Assembly: GCA_964474895.1 (NCBI GenBank)
Contig: CAYYUK010000001.1
Coordinates: 13,994-77,993, forward strand
Origin: Candidatus Woesearchaeota archaeon
Lineage (GTDB): Archaea > Nanobdellota > Nanobdellia > SCGC-AAA011-G17 > PNOQ01
Reading direction: 5' to 3'
DNA: 64,000 nt
A program made the position numbers and the translations under genes. Under the pieces are notes generated by a model. That model was not told the DNA's origin. It saw only the letters and a program-made list of their open reading frames with translations, and made no database searches. Below are positions 8,894 to 19,478 of the stretch, piece after piece; the stretch's first letter is position 1; each line of letters begins with the position of its first letter.

Positions 8894-9793
8894 ATGATTT
8901 ACGACGTTTTAATCATTGGTGGAGGAGCTGCAGGTTTGGGAGCAGCACTTTATTCTGCTAGATTTAGTATGAAAACCATATTGATTGCAAAAGAAGTGGG
9001 TGGAACTGGAAACATTGCTCACCAAGTTGATAATTGGATTGGTGAACCTGGTATTTCTGGCATGGCTCTAATGAAGAAATTTATTGATCATGTAAAACAG
9101 TATAATGTACCAATGGTTGATGATGAAGTTATAGAGATCAAAAAAAGTGGTAAAGGATTTAAAGTAAAGACAACTAGTGGCGAATCATACGAATCTAAAA
9201 CTTTGATTTATTCTGCAGGTATGAAATATGGAAAGTTGAATATTCCAGGTGAAAAAGAATTTGAAGGAAAGGGTGTCCATTATTGTTATACTTGTGATGG
9301 TCCTTTGTATAAAAATAAAGTTGTTGGTGTTGTTGGTGGCAGCGACGCTGCAGGTCTTGCTTCTTTAATGTTAAAAGATTACGCAAAAAAAGTTTATGTT
9401 ATCTATCGAAAAGGTAAATTAAGAGCAGAACCAATCACTTCTGAAAATGTTTACAAAGAAAAGAAAATTGAAGTTATTCATAACTCAAACGTTGTTGAGA
9501 TTAAGGGAGACAAATTTATAAATTCTGTTAAGTTGGATACTGGAAAAGAAATAAAACTTGATGGGCTGTTTATTCAAATAGGCCATATTCCTTTAACGGA
9601 TATTGCTAAGAAATTGGGTGTTAATTTGGTGAAGGGCATCATAAAAGTTGATAAAACACAATCTACAAATATTAATGGTTTTTTTGCGGCTGGTGATTTG
9701 ACTGATGCAAGTAAGTTGAAACAGTTTATTACTTCTGCAGCAGAAGGTAGTGTTGCTGCACAGTCTGCATATAATTATGTTGCTAAACAATAA
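8894..9793 (+). CDS. trxB: thioredoxin-disulfide reductase
   Basis: FAD motif GGGAAG at N-terminus, redox CxxC (CYTC), second Rossmann GGSDAAG. Confidence 0.85.
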   Translation: MIYDVLIIGGGAAGLGAALYSARFSMKTILIAKEVGGTGNIAHQVDNWIGEPGISGMALMKKFIDHVKQYNVPMVDDEVIEIKKSGKGFKVKTTSGESYESKTLIYSAGMKYGKLNIPGEKEFEGKGVHYCYTCDGPLYKNKVVGVVGGSDAAGLASLMLKDYAKKVYVIYRKGKLRAEPITSENVYKEKKIEVIHNSNVVEIKGDKFINSVKLDTGKEIKLDGLFIQIGHIPLTDIAKKLGVNLVKGIIKVDKTQSTNINGFFAAGDLTDASKLKQFITSAAEGSVAAQSAYNYVAKQ

Positions 9794-9830
9794 GAAAGTT
9801 TATATACACTCCTCTTCTTTTTTCCGTCTC

Positions 9831-10676
9831 ATGATTTTCAATAACTTAAAGACATTTTTTGTCCTTGGTGTGCTAACTCTGTTAGTTTTAGTTATAGGTT
9901 TTGCGCTTGGTGGCACTATTGGTCTTACAATTGCTTTGGTCTTTACTATCTTAATGAATATTATCTCATTTTGGTATTCTGATAAGATTGTTCTTAAAAT
10001 GTACAAGGCTAAACCAGCATCGCACTCCGAATATGGTGCATTAAATGATACTGTAAAAGATTTGGCTGATAGGGCGGGCATAAAAAAACCAAAAATTTAC
10101 ATAGTTCCTAAAGATACTCCTAACGCATTTGCTACAGGCAGATCTCAAAAAAAAGCAGCAGTGGCAGTTACAAGCGGATTATTAGATTTGTTGGATGAAA
10201 GGGAACTAAGGGGGGTTTTGGCACATGAACTTGCTCATATAAAAAATAAAGATACTCTGATTCAAACTGTTGCGGTTATACTTGCTAGTGCCATTGCGTA
10301 TATTGCTATTATCGCAAGATGGGGTGCAATTTTTGGTTCTCGAGATGAAAATAGTACTGGTTTATTTCAAATTATTGCTTTATCAATTGTAGCTCCGTTG
10401 GCTGCAACTATTCTTCAGCTTTCTATATCTCGCTCTAGAGAATATCTTGCTGATGAAAAGGGTGCTTCTTTTACTAAAGATCCTTCTGCTCTGGCCTCTG
10501 CGCTAAATAAGTTAGAGAACAATCCTAAAAAACTTAGAGTAGGTAATCAAGCTACTGCTAGTATGTTTATTGTAAACCCTTTTTCTTCAAGAAATTTCAT
10601 GAAATTATTTAGTACACATCCGGCAACTTCTGAAAGGATTAAAAGACTTAGAAAAATGTCTATGAAAGAGTATTGA
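9831..10676 (+). CDS. htpX: zinc metalloprotease HtpX (M48)
   Basis: HELAHIKNKD zinc-binding motif with TM helices; start placed at ATG 9831 after the trxB stop. Confidence 0.85.
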   Translation: MIFNNLKTFFVLGVLTLLVLVIGFALGGTIGLTIALVFTILMNIISFWYSDKIVLKMYKAKPASHSEYGALNDTVKDLADRAGIKKPKIYIVPKDTPNAFATGRSQKKAAVAVTSGLLDLLDERELRGVLAHELAHIKNKDTLIQTVAVILASAIAYIAIIARWGAIFGSRDENSTGLFQIIALSIVAPLAATILQLSISRSREYLADEKGASFTKDPSALASALNKLENNPKKLRVGNQATASMFIVNPFSSRNFMKLFSTHPATSERIKRLRKMSMKEY

Positions 10677-11844
10677 GTTGATCTTCATCTAAATGTAAAT
10701 CTTCTATGTACCCTTCATTTTTTGCTATGCTTCTCAAATATGGAATAACATCTTTTACTGCTTTTTTCGAAGAGATATGTAGTTTTTTTGCCACTATCTC
10801 CGAAATTTCTTTTCTTCTTGCGTACCTCATCTTAGCTCTCCATAGTTTTAGTATTCTTTGTGGTCTTGAATACTTAGAAAATTCTTTTTTTGGGGAAGTT
10901 TTTGATAGTGCTACTCCTGCCCCCATAAAAAATTTCTGATAAACTAAAAATCTCCAATGTTGATTTCTTCTTATTCTTCCCCTAAATAAATCTGCTTTCG
11001 ATAGTTTTTCAAAAGCGTTTGATAGTTCTTCCCCATAATATTCATTAGTTACGTTTTCTTCTACCCACAACATAATTTCATCTAGACTTAATGGTACACT
11101 ATCTGTCATTTCATTTATTGAATAAAGATCTTTTGTTTTGAATATTATTTGTAGCAAGTTAAATATTGATTCATCTCTTTCTCTATAACCAAGGTTTTCT
11201 ACATCTTTTTTACTTATCATTTCTAGCTCTATGCTCATTGCTTGTAAATCTGTTATTGCAGATCTTGCATCCCCCTCATTTTTTATCGAAATGGCTTTTA
11301 GTACTTCCTCAGTTACATCTAATTTTTCTTCTTTGCATATTCTTCTTAAAACTCTTAGAATTTCTAAGTGAGATATTGGTTTGAATTCTACAATTTCTGT
11401 TTTTGATCTCAATGACGAAAATTTTCTATTCCATAAATCATTTGATGTTAGAATTATTGGGTGTGCTGTATTCGCAAATAAGGATATTACTGCTTGGATG
11501 CCCCCTCTATCTTTTGTTCCACTTAACCCATCTATATCGTCGAATAAAAATATTTTTCCTTTGTTAAATAAACTTGATTGTGTTAAAGCATCTCCAAAAG
11601 TTTCTAGAATTCCTTTTTTATTTCTTACATCAGAAGAATTTACTTCTATTACTTCAAAGTTATTTTCTTTTGCTATTGCATAAACTGAACTCGTTTTTCC
11701 AGTACCTGTTGGGCCGTGTATTATCATAGCTTTTTTTCTAAATCTTGAATGATTAAGCACAAAATCTTGCAGCTTCAACAATGGCGGTTTGTCCCCTACA
11801 ATTTCATTTAACTTTTGTGGAGAATATTTGTCTGCCCATATCAT
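10660..11844 (-). CDS. rfcL: replication factor C large subunit
   Basis: AAA+ Walker A GPTGTGKTS, DEID Walker B, C-terminal extension; overlaps rfcS by 4 nt. Confidence 0.88.
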   Translation of the reverse strand: MIWADKYSPQKLNEIVGDKPPLLKLQDFVLNHSRFRKKAMIIHGPTGTGKTSSVYAIAKENNFEVIEVNSSDVRNKKGILETFGDALTQSSLFNKGKIFLFDDIDGLSGTKDRGGIQAVISLFANTAHPIILTSNDLWNRKFSSLRSKTEIVEFKPISHLEILRVLRRICKEEKLDVTEEVLKAISIKNEGDARSAITDLQAMSIELEMISKKDVENLGYRERDESIFNLLQIIFKTKDLYSINEMTDSVPLSLDEIMLWVEENVTNEYYGEELSNAFEKLSKADLFRGRIRRNQHWRFLVYQKFFMGAGVALSKTSPKKEFSKYSRPQRILKLWRAKMRYARRKEISEIVAKKLHISSKKAVKDVIPYLRSIAKNEGYIEDLHLDEDQLNTLS

Positions 11845-12839
11845 TTTGAGAAGTTGGCGATTAAGCTTTCTAATTGTACAAACTCGTCTGATCCTTCGAC
11901 CATTCTGAACTCAATTTCACCGCACATTTCTACCATATCCATTTTCTTTTTGTCATCTATTTCTAAGTTAAGAACTTCTTTTTGTATTTGTTTTATTATG
12001 TCTATTCCAGATAGTCCATGTTTTGACATTGTATCTAGTAATAAATCTCTTGCTTTCACAAAATAACCATTGATGCACATTTCTAAAATTAGTTTTACTT
12101 CTTCTGGTTCTGCAGCTGAAACTATCCCATATACTACTTGGTTTGTTATTAATTTGCTTATTGCAGCACATCCTTGAAGTATATTTTCTGCCTTTCTTGC
12201 ATCTCCGTTGCTTAAATTATAGATTGAGTAGACAGCTTCTTCTTCTATTTTTATTTCTTCTTTTTCACAGACTGCTCCGATTATTTCTAAAATATTTTCT
12301 TTTTCTAATGGTTTAAATCTAAAAACTGTACACCTTGATTGTATAGGGTCTATTATCTTTGAGCTATAATTACAAGACAAGATAAACCTGCATGTTTTGG
12401 AGTAATTCTCCATTGTTCTTCTTAATGCCTGTTGTGCTTCTTTTGTTAATGAATCACATTCATCTAAGTAGATTATCTTGAATGGCACATCTCTTATGGA
12501 CTTCGTTCTTGCAAAATCTTTAACTTTCACCCTAATTACATCTATTCCTCTTTCATCAGACGCATTTAGTTCTAAGAAAGTATTTCCCCAGTTTTCTCCA
12601 AATAGTTCTCTTGCTATAATCAGAGATAATGTTGTTTTTCCAACCCCTGCTGGGCCTGCAAATAGTAAATGTGGCATTTCCTTTTTCTCTACAAATGCCT
12701 TTATTCTCGCTACTATGTTTTCTTGCCCTTTAATTTCGGAGAATGTTTTTGGCCTATATTTTTCAGTCCACATTTTACTGAAGAATTGAATGCTCTCCCA
12801 TTTATAAGAATTATGTGGGCATTTGACAAGTATAATCAA
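11841..12839 (-). CDS. rfcS: replication factor C small subunit
   Basis: Walker A GPAGVGKTT, DECD, SRC-like motif SRCTVFRF. Confidence 0.9.
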   Translation of the reverse strand: MIILVKCPHNSYKWESIQFFSKMWTEKYRPKTFSEIKGQENIVARIKAFVEKKEMPHLLFAGPAGVGKTTLSLIIARELFGENWGNTFLELNASDERGIDVIRVKVKDFARTKSIRDVPFKIIYLDECDSLTKEAQQALRRTMENYSKTCRFILSCNYSSKIIDPIQSRCTVFRFKPLEKENILEIIGAVCEKEEIKIEEEAVYSIYNLSNGDARKAENILQGCAAISKLITNQVVYGIVSAAEPEEVKLILEMCINGYFVKARDLLLDTMSKHGLSGIDIIKQIQKEVLNLEIDDKKKMDMVEMCGEIEFRMVEGSDEFVQLESLIANFSK

Positions 12840-12987
12840 AACTTATATAAACTGCAATCTGCTTTTTTGGATAATGAGAATAACAACTGATATTAACATT
12901 ATTTCTATCATTATTATATAGTCATGTCTTTTTCGGAGGCTTTTTCAATGGAAACATATTTAAAATATAGTCATCAACGGTCAAAAA

Positions 12988-15900
12988 ATGTATGAAGCTA
13001 AAAAGATAGAAGAAGAAGTATTGGATTTTTGGAAAAAGGGACGTATTTATCAAAAGTCTAAAGATAGAAATAAAGGTAAAAAATCATTTTATTTCTTGCA
13101 GGGTCCTCCTTATACGTCTGGAAGATTGCATTGTGGCCAAGCGTGGAATCATTCTCTTAAAGATTCTATCCTTAGATATAAGAGAATGCAAGGTCTTCAT
13201 GTTTGGGATAGGGCTGGATATGATATGCATGGTATTCCTACAGAATCAAAAGTTCAAAAAAAACTTGGATTAAAAACCAAGGATGATATTATTAATTTTG
13301 GATTAGATAAGTTTTCTAAAGAATGTATGAGATTCTCAATTGAACATGCAAAACTGATGGATGTTGATCTCTCAAAAATGGGAATCTGGCTTGATTTCGA
13401 AAATGCTTATCATCCAATAGATGAAGAGTGGATTGAAGGAGTTTGGTGGTTAGTTAAGAGGGCAGAAGAACAAAACCGTTTATATGAGGGGGAAAAAACA
13501 ATGAGCTGGTGTGCGGAATGTGCAACTGCTCTTGCTAAGCATGAATGTGAATATGCTGAATTAGAAGATACTTCTATATTTGTTAAATTTAAAGTTGAAA
13601 ATAAAGATAATGAATACTTCATTATTTGGACTACAACTCCTTGGACAATAACTTTTAATCTTGGAATAATGGCAAATCCAAATTTTGATTATGTTAAGGC
13701 TAAAGTTGGTAATGAAGTATGGATTGTTGCTAAAGATCTTGCTGATAGTGTTATTAAAGAAAAAATGGGCAAGGATTATGTAATTCTTGAAGAACTGACT
13801 GGAAAAGAATTGGTTGGAACTAAATATCTCCACCCTTGGGAAAAAGAAATTTCAGATTTGGCAAAGATAAAAAAATCCCATCCTAATTCTTTTAGTGTTG
13901 TCTCATCCGAAGAGTTTGTTACATTGGATGCTGGAACGGGGTTGGTCCATATGGCTCCTGGATGTGGTCCTGAAGACTATGAAGTTGGTATGGCAAATAA
14001 GATTCTCCCATTTAATACAATAAATCAAGAAGGAATCTTTCCAGAAAATTATGGAGAAATTTCGGGATGGATTGCTAAAAAGGATGATCAAAAATTCATA
14101 AAAAAATTATCTGAAGATGGTGTATTGCTGAAAACAGAGAAGACAAAACATGATTATGCGCACTGTCAAAGATGTAAAAGTCCAGTAATATTTAGAACAA
14201 CAAAGCAATGGTTTTTCAAAGTTTCTGATTTGAAAGACAAGATGTTGGATTATAACAAGAAGATTCATTGGGTTCCAGATTCAATAAGAAACGCATTTGT
14301 TTCTTGGTTGGAAAACTTAAGAGATAATTCGATTACAAAGCAAAGATTTTGGGGAACACCAATTCCAATATGGAGATGTGATGCTTGTGGAGATTATACT
14401 GTTGTTTCAACTAAAGAAGAATTGAGCAAATTATCGGGCAAGATTCCAGAAAACTTGCATATTCCTTGGATTAATGACATTACTATTGATTGTAAATGTG
14501 GTGGTGTGAAAAAGAGATTACCGGATGTTTTAGATGTTTGGATTGACGCCGGTGTTGCATCCTGGGCTTGTTTGTATTATCCTAGAAGAAAGGATTTACT
14601 AGATAATGTGTTTCCTCCAGATCTTATCTTGGAAGGTAGTGATCAAATTAGGGGATGGTATAACCTACTTATGGTTTGTTCTGTTCTTGGGTTAGACAGT
14701 ATACCCTTCAAAAATAATTATACTCATGGAATGCTAACTGATGTAGATGGTGTAAAGATGTCCAAATCATTGGGTAATGTTCTCTCACCTTATGAAATAA
14801 TTGATAAGCATGGTGTCGACGCTATGAGGCTTTATTTCACCCAAAACAATGCTGGAGAAGATATTAACTTTAGTTGGCCAGAAGTTAAGATGAAACAGAG
14901 GAATCTTAATGTTCTTTGGAATATTCATGATTATTTAATTGAACATCACAGGGCTTTGAAACAAAGTGGAAAACTTCAAACTTCGGAAACTGGTCTTGAG
15001 GAAAAATATATTCTCTCTAAATTAAATAGAACTATGAAAAGTGTCACAGAACTCTACGAATTTTATAGATTGGATGAAGTTCCAGGATTATTGGAGGATT
15101 TATTTTTAGATTTGAGCAGAGAATATATACAATCTGTTAGAGATAAAATAAACAAAGATCCAGAGTTGGTTTTGAATACGATCTTTCATGTTTTGTTTGA
15201 AACTTTAAAGATGTTCTCTACTGTTGCTCCTTTCATAACTGAGAAAATTTATCAAAACTTGAAAAGCGAATTTGCATTAGATAAAGAAAGTATCCATTTA
15301 TTTGATTGGCCTAAATCATCTGAAAATTTAATAGATATAAAATTAGAAAATAATTTTTTGATTGCTAAACAAATTATACAGGCGGGTCTTTCGGCGAGAG
15401 AGAAATCTGGTGTTGGTGTTAGATGGCCTTTGAATAAATTGACTATTGTTTCACAGAGTGAAGAAGTTTGTGGTTCTGTTGGAATTTTGGAAAATTTAAT
15501 TTTATCTAAATTAAATGTGAAAAAAATAGAAATTAAAGAAAAATCAGATTCTTTTGATATTGAACTTAGTCCCAATAAGACCAAAATTGGTAAAGATTTT
15601 AAAAAGGATGCTCCCAAAATTATTTCTGGACTTACTGATAAGATTATGAAAGATCTTTTTAAAGGAGTACCAACTTTTGTTGATAAATTTAGCTTAAACA
15701 AAGATCACATCTTAGTAAAACAAATTGTTCCAGATAATCTTCACATCTCTGAATTTAAATTTGGTCACGTTATGTTAGATACTGAAGTTAGCAATGAACT
15801 TGAAACTGAAGGATATGTTCGTGAATTGGCTAGAAGACTGCAAGATCTTAGAAAGGAATTAAATTTAAAGAAACTAGATAAAATTAATCTTTCTCTTGAA

Positions 15901-16053
15901 ACCGATTTTGATATCTCTTCTTGGAAAGATTTCTTAAAAGATAGAATTGGTATTGAAAACTTAACTATTGGTTCTATGAATTATAAGGATTTTAGAGAAT
16001 TTAAGATAAAAAATCATAAATTTGTTGTTAATTTCGAGATTTTTAACAACTAA
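12988..16053 (+). CDS. ileS: isoleucyl-tRNA synthetase
   Basis: Class I aaRS, 1021 aa; HIGH-region PPYTSGRLHCGQAWN and KMSKS motif. Confidence 0.92.
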   Translation: MYEAKKIEEEVLDFWKKGRIYQKSKDRNKGKKSFYFLQGPPYTSGRLHCGQAWNHSLKDSILRYKRMQGLHVWDRAGYDMHGIPTESKVQKKLGLKTKDDIINFGLDKFSKECMRFSIEHAKLMDVDLSKMGIWLDFENAYHPIDEEWIEGVWWLVKRAEEQNRLYEGEKTMSWCAECATALAKHECEYAELEDTSIFVKFKVENKDNEYFIIWTTTPWTITFNLGIMANPNFDYVKAKVGNEVWIVAKDLADSVIKEKMGKDYVILEELTGKELVGTKYLHPWEKEISDLAKIKKSHPNSFSVVSSEEFVTLDAGTGLVHMAPGCGPEDYEVGMANKILPFNTINQEGIFPENYGEISGWIAKKDDQKFIKKLSEDGVLLKTEKTKHDYAHCQRCKSPVIFRTTKQWFFKVSDLKDKMLDYNKKIHWVPDSIRNAFVSWLENLRDNSITKQRFWGTPIPIWRCDACGDYTVVSTKEELSKLSGKIPENLHIPWINDITIDCKCGGVKKRLPDVLDVWIDAGVASWACLYYPRRKDLLDNVFPPDLILEGSDQIRGWYNLLMVCSVLGLDSIPFKNNYTHGMLTDVDGVKMSKSLGNVLSPYEIIDKHGVDAMRLYFTQNNAGEDINFSWPEVKMKQRNLNVLWNIHDYLIEHHRALKQSGKLQTSETGLEEKYILSKLNRTMKSVTELYEFYRLDEVPGLLEDLFLDLSREYIQSVRDKINKDPELVLNTIFHVLFETLKMFSTVAPFITEKIYQNLKSEFALDKESIHLFDWPKSSENLIDIKLENNFLIAKQIIQAGLSAREKSGVGVRWPLNKLTIVSQSEEVCGSVGILENLILSKLNVKKIEIKEKSDSFDIELSPNKTKIGKDFKKDAPKIISGLTDKIMKDLFKGVPTFVDKFSLNKDHILVKQIVPDNLHISEFKFGHVMLDTEVSNELETEGYVRELARRLQDLRKELNLKKLDKINLSLETDFDISSWKDFLKDRIGIENLTIGSMNYKDFREFKIKNHKFVVNFEIFNN

Positions 16054-16137
16054 AGGATAGATACTTTATTCCATATCCTTTTATATATTTTTCCATTATC
16101 TTATTTGAATATATTTGTTAGAGTGGGGGTTAATAAA

Positions 16138-16689
16138 ATGGTTGAAGAAAAGAAAAAAGTTATGATTAAAATTGTTAATATCGTTTGTTCTAGTTCATTG
16201 GAGCATGATGTTCATTTGGTAAAGCTTGCTGAAACGTTAACTAACACAGAATATAATCCTGAGCAGTTCCCTGGGCTTGTTATGCGTATAAGGGATCCAA
16301 AGACGTCTGCATTGATATTTAGTTCTGGAAAGATAGTTCTAACTGGTGCAACTTCTTTAAAGATGGTTAGAGAGTCCATAAACCAGATAATTAAAAACGT
16401 TGCTAAAATAGGTGTAAAAGTTAAAGTAACACCAAAAATTACTGTTCAAAATATGGTTGCTTCTGGTCAGATTGGCATGGTTCTAAACCTAAATATGCTG
16501 GCTATGAAACTTGAGAACGCGGAATACGAGCCAGAGCAGTTCCCTGGATTGGTATATAAGTTACCTGGAACAAGGGCAACTTTTCTGTTGTTTAGTAATG
16601 GGAAGATTGTTTGTACAGGTACTAAATCTGAAACTGATTTGAGAGATGCTGTTAGAAAGCTAATCCTTACACTCAAAAAGGTAAAATAA
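16138..16689 (+). CDS. tbp: TATA-box binding protein
   Basis: Two direct repeats containing NxEQFPGLV...; start placed at ATG 16138 preceded by GGGGG. Confidence 0.9.
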   Translation: MVEEKKKVMIKIVNIVCSSSLEHDVHLVKLAETLTNTEYNPEQFPGLVMRIRDPKTSALIFSSGKIVLTGATSLKMVRESINQIIKNVAKIGVKVKVTPKITVQNMVASGQIGMVLNLNMLAMKLENAEYEPEQFPGLVYKLPGTRATFLLFSNGKIVCTGTKSETDLRDAVRKLILTLKKVK

Positions 16690-16729
16690 ACCTTAGCAAT
16701 CTTTTTATTTGGTTTAGATATCTTATTTT

Positions 16730-16735
16730 GGGGGG
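16730..16735 (+). promoter_or_regulatory. Shine-Dalgarno-like GGGGGG 5 nt upstream of the mcm start
   Basis: G-run complementary to the 16S 3' end at canonical spacing. Confidence 0.4.
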
Positions 16736-16740
16736 CATAA

Positions 16741-18777
16741 ATGCAAGAGGATAGTTTTTCACAAGTAGATGAATTTAAGGACTTTTTCGAATCAGTGTAT
16801 TCTGATGAACTTCTTGATGTAAATAAGAAGGGTGGGGACTACATTCTTATTGATTTTTCTGAATTATCTAAATTTAGTGTTGATCTTGCTGAGCATTTGT
16901 TGAATGATCCTGGTGAAACTTTACTAAATGCAGAATTAGGAATTGACCAAATGGGTTTATCCTTAAAGAATAAAATTAGGGTTAGACTTTCAGGTTTGCC
17001 AGACTCCCAGTATATTAAAATTAGGGATATTAGAAGTAATAATATTGATAGCTTTTTAGTCATAGAAGGCATTGTTAGGCAAGCATCGGATGTTAGACCT
17101 CAAGTTGTTTCTGCCAAATTTGAATGTCCTACTTGTGGGAATGTTTTGTCCATTCTTCAATTGGAAGCGTCATTTAAGGAACCTTCAAGATGTAGTTGCG
17201 GTAGGCAAGGAAAGTTTAGATTACTATCTAAAGAATTGGTTGATGCTCAAAGATTGGTTATCGAAGAAGCTCCAGAAGATTTGGATGGTGGTGATCAACC
17301 AAAGAGACTTAGTGTTTTTCTTAAGGAAGATTTGGTAGAGCCAAAGATGGAAAAGAAGACAACTCCTGGAAGCAAAATTAGAATAACTGGTGCTGTGAAA
17401 GAAATTCCTGTTTTCCTTAAAACAGGTGCACAATCAACAAGGTTTGATTTAATTATGGAAGCTAATTATGTTGAACCCCTTCAAGAAACTTTTGAAGGTT
17501 TAGATTTTTCTAAGGAAGAAGAAGAAAGAATAAAAAGATTATCCAAGGATCCAAAAATTTGGACTAAATTAATTAGTACTATTGCTCCTACTATTTATGG
17601 TTACAATGAAATAAAGGCTTCATTACTTTTACAACTTTTTGGTGGGAGAAGAAAGACTCTTTCAGATGGATTAATCAAAAGGGGCGATATTCACATTCTT
17701 TTAGTTGGTGATCCTGGAGCAGGTAAGTCTCAATTATTGCAATTTATTGGTAAGGCTGCTCCAAAAGCAAGATTTGTTAGTGGTAAGGGTGCTTCAGGTG
17801 CAGGATTAACTGCTGCTGTTGTGAAGGATGAATTTTTGAAAGGTTGGAGTCTTGAAGCCGGAGCAATGGTTTTGGCAAACAAAGGACTTTGTGCTATTGA
17901 TGAATTAGACAAAATGTCTCCTGAAGATAGAAGTGCTTTGCACGAAGCATTGGAGCAACAAACCGTTACAATTTCCAAAGCAAATATTCAAGCAACATTA
18001 AGGGCAGAAACAACAGTTCTTGCCGCTGCAAATCCTAAACAAGGTAGATTTGATCCTTATACACCAATTGCATCTCAAATAGATCTTCCTCCAGCATTGA
18101 TTAGTAGATTTGATTTAATTTTTCCCATAAGAGATTTACCTAATAGGGAACAAGATACAAACATCGCTTCACATATTTTAGATCCACCTAAAGAAAAAGA
18201 TATTTCTTCAAAGGGTATTGATTTGGATTTACTCAGGAAATATATTTCATATTCTAAGAATAATATTAAACCGGTTTTAAGTGAGGGTGCAAAGGAAGAG
18301 ATAAAAAAATTCTATGTTGATTTAAGAAACAATCCTTCTTCTCCAATGGCTTCTGAACAGGAGATCAAACCAATTCCCGTAACACCAAGGCAACTTGAAG
18401 CAATAGTTAGATTAGCTGAAGCTTCTGCTAGAGTTAAATTATCAAAAACTATTACAAAACATGATGCAAAGTTGGCAATAAGTTTACTAAAATACTGTTT
18501 AACCCAAGTTGGGTTTGATGAAGAAACACAAAGCTTTGATATTGATAGATTATCTACAGGCATTAGTGCTTCTGAAAGAGGTAGAATGGTTACAGTTAAA
18601 GAAATAATTCAAGAAATTGAAGCTAGGTCTGACATAAAAACAGTTTCTTTGGATGAAATAAAATCAGAGGCTTCTGATAAGGGGATACCAGAAGATAAAC
18701 TTATTGAAATTATTGAAAAATTAAAAAGAAGTGGTGATCTTTTTGAACCAAAGAGAGGACATATTCAAAGGATATAA
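16741..18777 (+). CDS. mcm: MCM replicative helicase
   Basis: Zn finger CPTC...CSC, Walker A GDPGAGKSQ, Walker B CAIDELDKM, arginine finger SRFDLIF. Confidence 0.92.
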   Translation: MQEDSFSQVDEFKDFFESVYSDELLDVNKKGGDYILIDFSELSKFSVDLAEHLLNDPGETLLNAELGIDQMGLSLKNKIRVRLSGLPDSQYIKIRDIRSNNIDSFLVIEGIVRQASDVRPQVVSAKFECPTCGNVLSILQLEASFKEPSRCSCGRQGKFRLLSKELVDAQRLVIEEAPEDLDGGDQPKRLSVFLKEDLVEPKMEKKTTPGSKIRITGAVKEIPVFLKTGAQSTRFDLIMEANYVEPLQETFEGLDFSKEEEERIKRLSKDPKIWTKLISTIAPTIYGYNEIKASLLLQLFGGRRKTLSDGLIKRGDIHILLVGDPGAGKSQLLQFIGKAAPKARFVSGKGASGAGLTAAVVKDEFLKGWSLEAGAMVLANKGLCAIDELDKMSPEDRSALHEALEQQTVTISKANIQATLRAETTVLAAANPKQGRFDPYTPIASQIDLPPALISRFDLIFPIRDLPNREQDTNIASHILDPPKEKDISSKGIDLDLLRKYISYSKNNIKPVLSEGAKEEIKKFYVDLRNNPSSPMASEQEIKPIPVTPRQLEAIVRLAEASARVKLSKTITKHDAKLAISLLKYCLTQVGFDEETQSFDIDRLSTGISASERGRMVTVKEIIQEIEARSDIKTVSLDEIKSEASDKGIPEDKLIEIIEKLKRSGDLFEPKRGHIQRI

Positions 18778-18779
18778 AA

Positions 18780-19478
18780 ATGGAAAATCAACAGGTAAGA
18801 CAAATTGCACATAAGGTTAGAATTTTTGATTTAGTTAATAGCGAATATATTCAACAATCTGGAGAATGGGAACCAAATTATGTGTCAATCGGAGATAAAA
18901 AGATTTCTAGGGTAAACATTATCGCAAATATAATTACTAATTATAAAAGTGAAGATGGTACATATGCTACAATAACTATTGATGATGGTTCTGGAAACAT
19001 TCAAGTTAAAACTTGGAAAGAAGACACCAAAATTTTTGAAAAAGTTGATATTGGAGACTTTATTCTTCTTGTTGGAAGGATAAAAGAATATAATGGTGAA
19101 AAGTATTTGGTTCCAGAAATTATCAAGAAGTTAGATAATTCGGAATGGTTATCTTTTAGGAGAAAAGAATTATCCAAGTTGTATGGTGAAACTGAAGTTC
19201 AAACTCAAAAGCCAGTAGAAAAAACAGAAGATTCTGTAGGGCAGCAGCCAATTCTTATTAGTGAAGAATCTGTTACTGATGATTCTTCTTCTGAAGGGGA
19301 TAGACAAAAAATCTTAAATATCATAGAAAAACTGAGTTCTGTTGAAGGGGCCGATAAATTAGAGATTATAAAGGAGTCTAATGTTGGCGAAGATGCTGCT
19401 AATGAAATAATTCATGGGCTCATTAGAGATGGTGAGATTTTTGAAATCAAACCAGGTAAGGTGAAGATATTAGGATGA
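18780..19478 (+). CDS. OB-fold plus C-terminal winged-helix protein (RPA32/Stn1-like)
   Basis: N-terminal OB-like beta segment, acidic linker, C-terminal wH-like ...GLIRDGEIFEIKPGKV; tight coupling to mcm. Confidence 0.4.
   Translation: MENQQVRQIAHKVRIFDLVNSEYIQQSGEWEPNYVSIGDKKISRVNIIANIITNYKSEDGTYATITIDDGSGNIQVKTWKEDTKIFEKVDIGDFILLVGRIKEYNGEKYLVPEIIKKLDNSEWLSFRRKELSKLYGETEVQTQKPVEKTEDSVGQQPILISEESVTDDSSSEGDRQKILNIIEKLSSVEGADKLEIIKESNVGEDAANEIIHGLIRDGEIFEIKPGKVKILG

Noticed and set aside
9750-9830. Upstream extension of the htpX ORF overlapping the trxB end
   Set aside because: The extension (MLLHSLHIIMLLNNKKVYIHSSSFFRL) overlaps trxB in another frame and is not HtpX-like. ATG 9831 begins the typical TM segment.
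12840-12987. Possible ncRNA in the 148-nt divergent intergenic region between rfcS and ileS
   Set aside because: It is AT-rich with TATA-like elements for both divergent genes and has no stable-structure or conserved-motif indication. It is interpreted as a bidirectional promoter region.
16105-16137. Upstream start for TBP (MNIFVRVGVNK...)
   Set aside because: The conserved TBP sequence begins at MVEEKK (16138), preceded by a G-rich SD-like run. The upstream 11 codons are probably untranslated.
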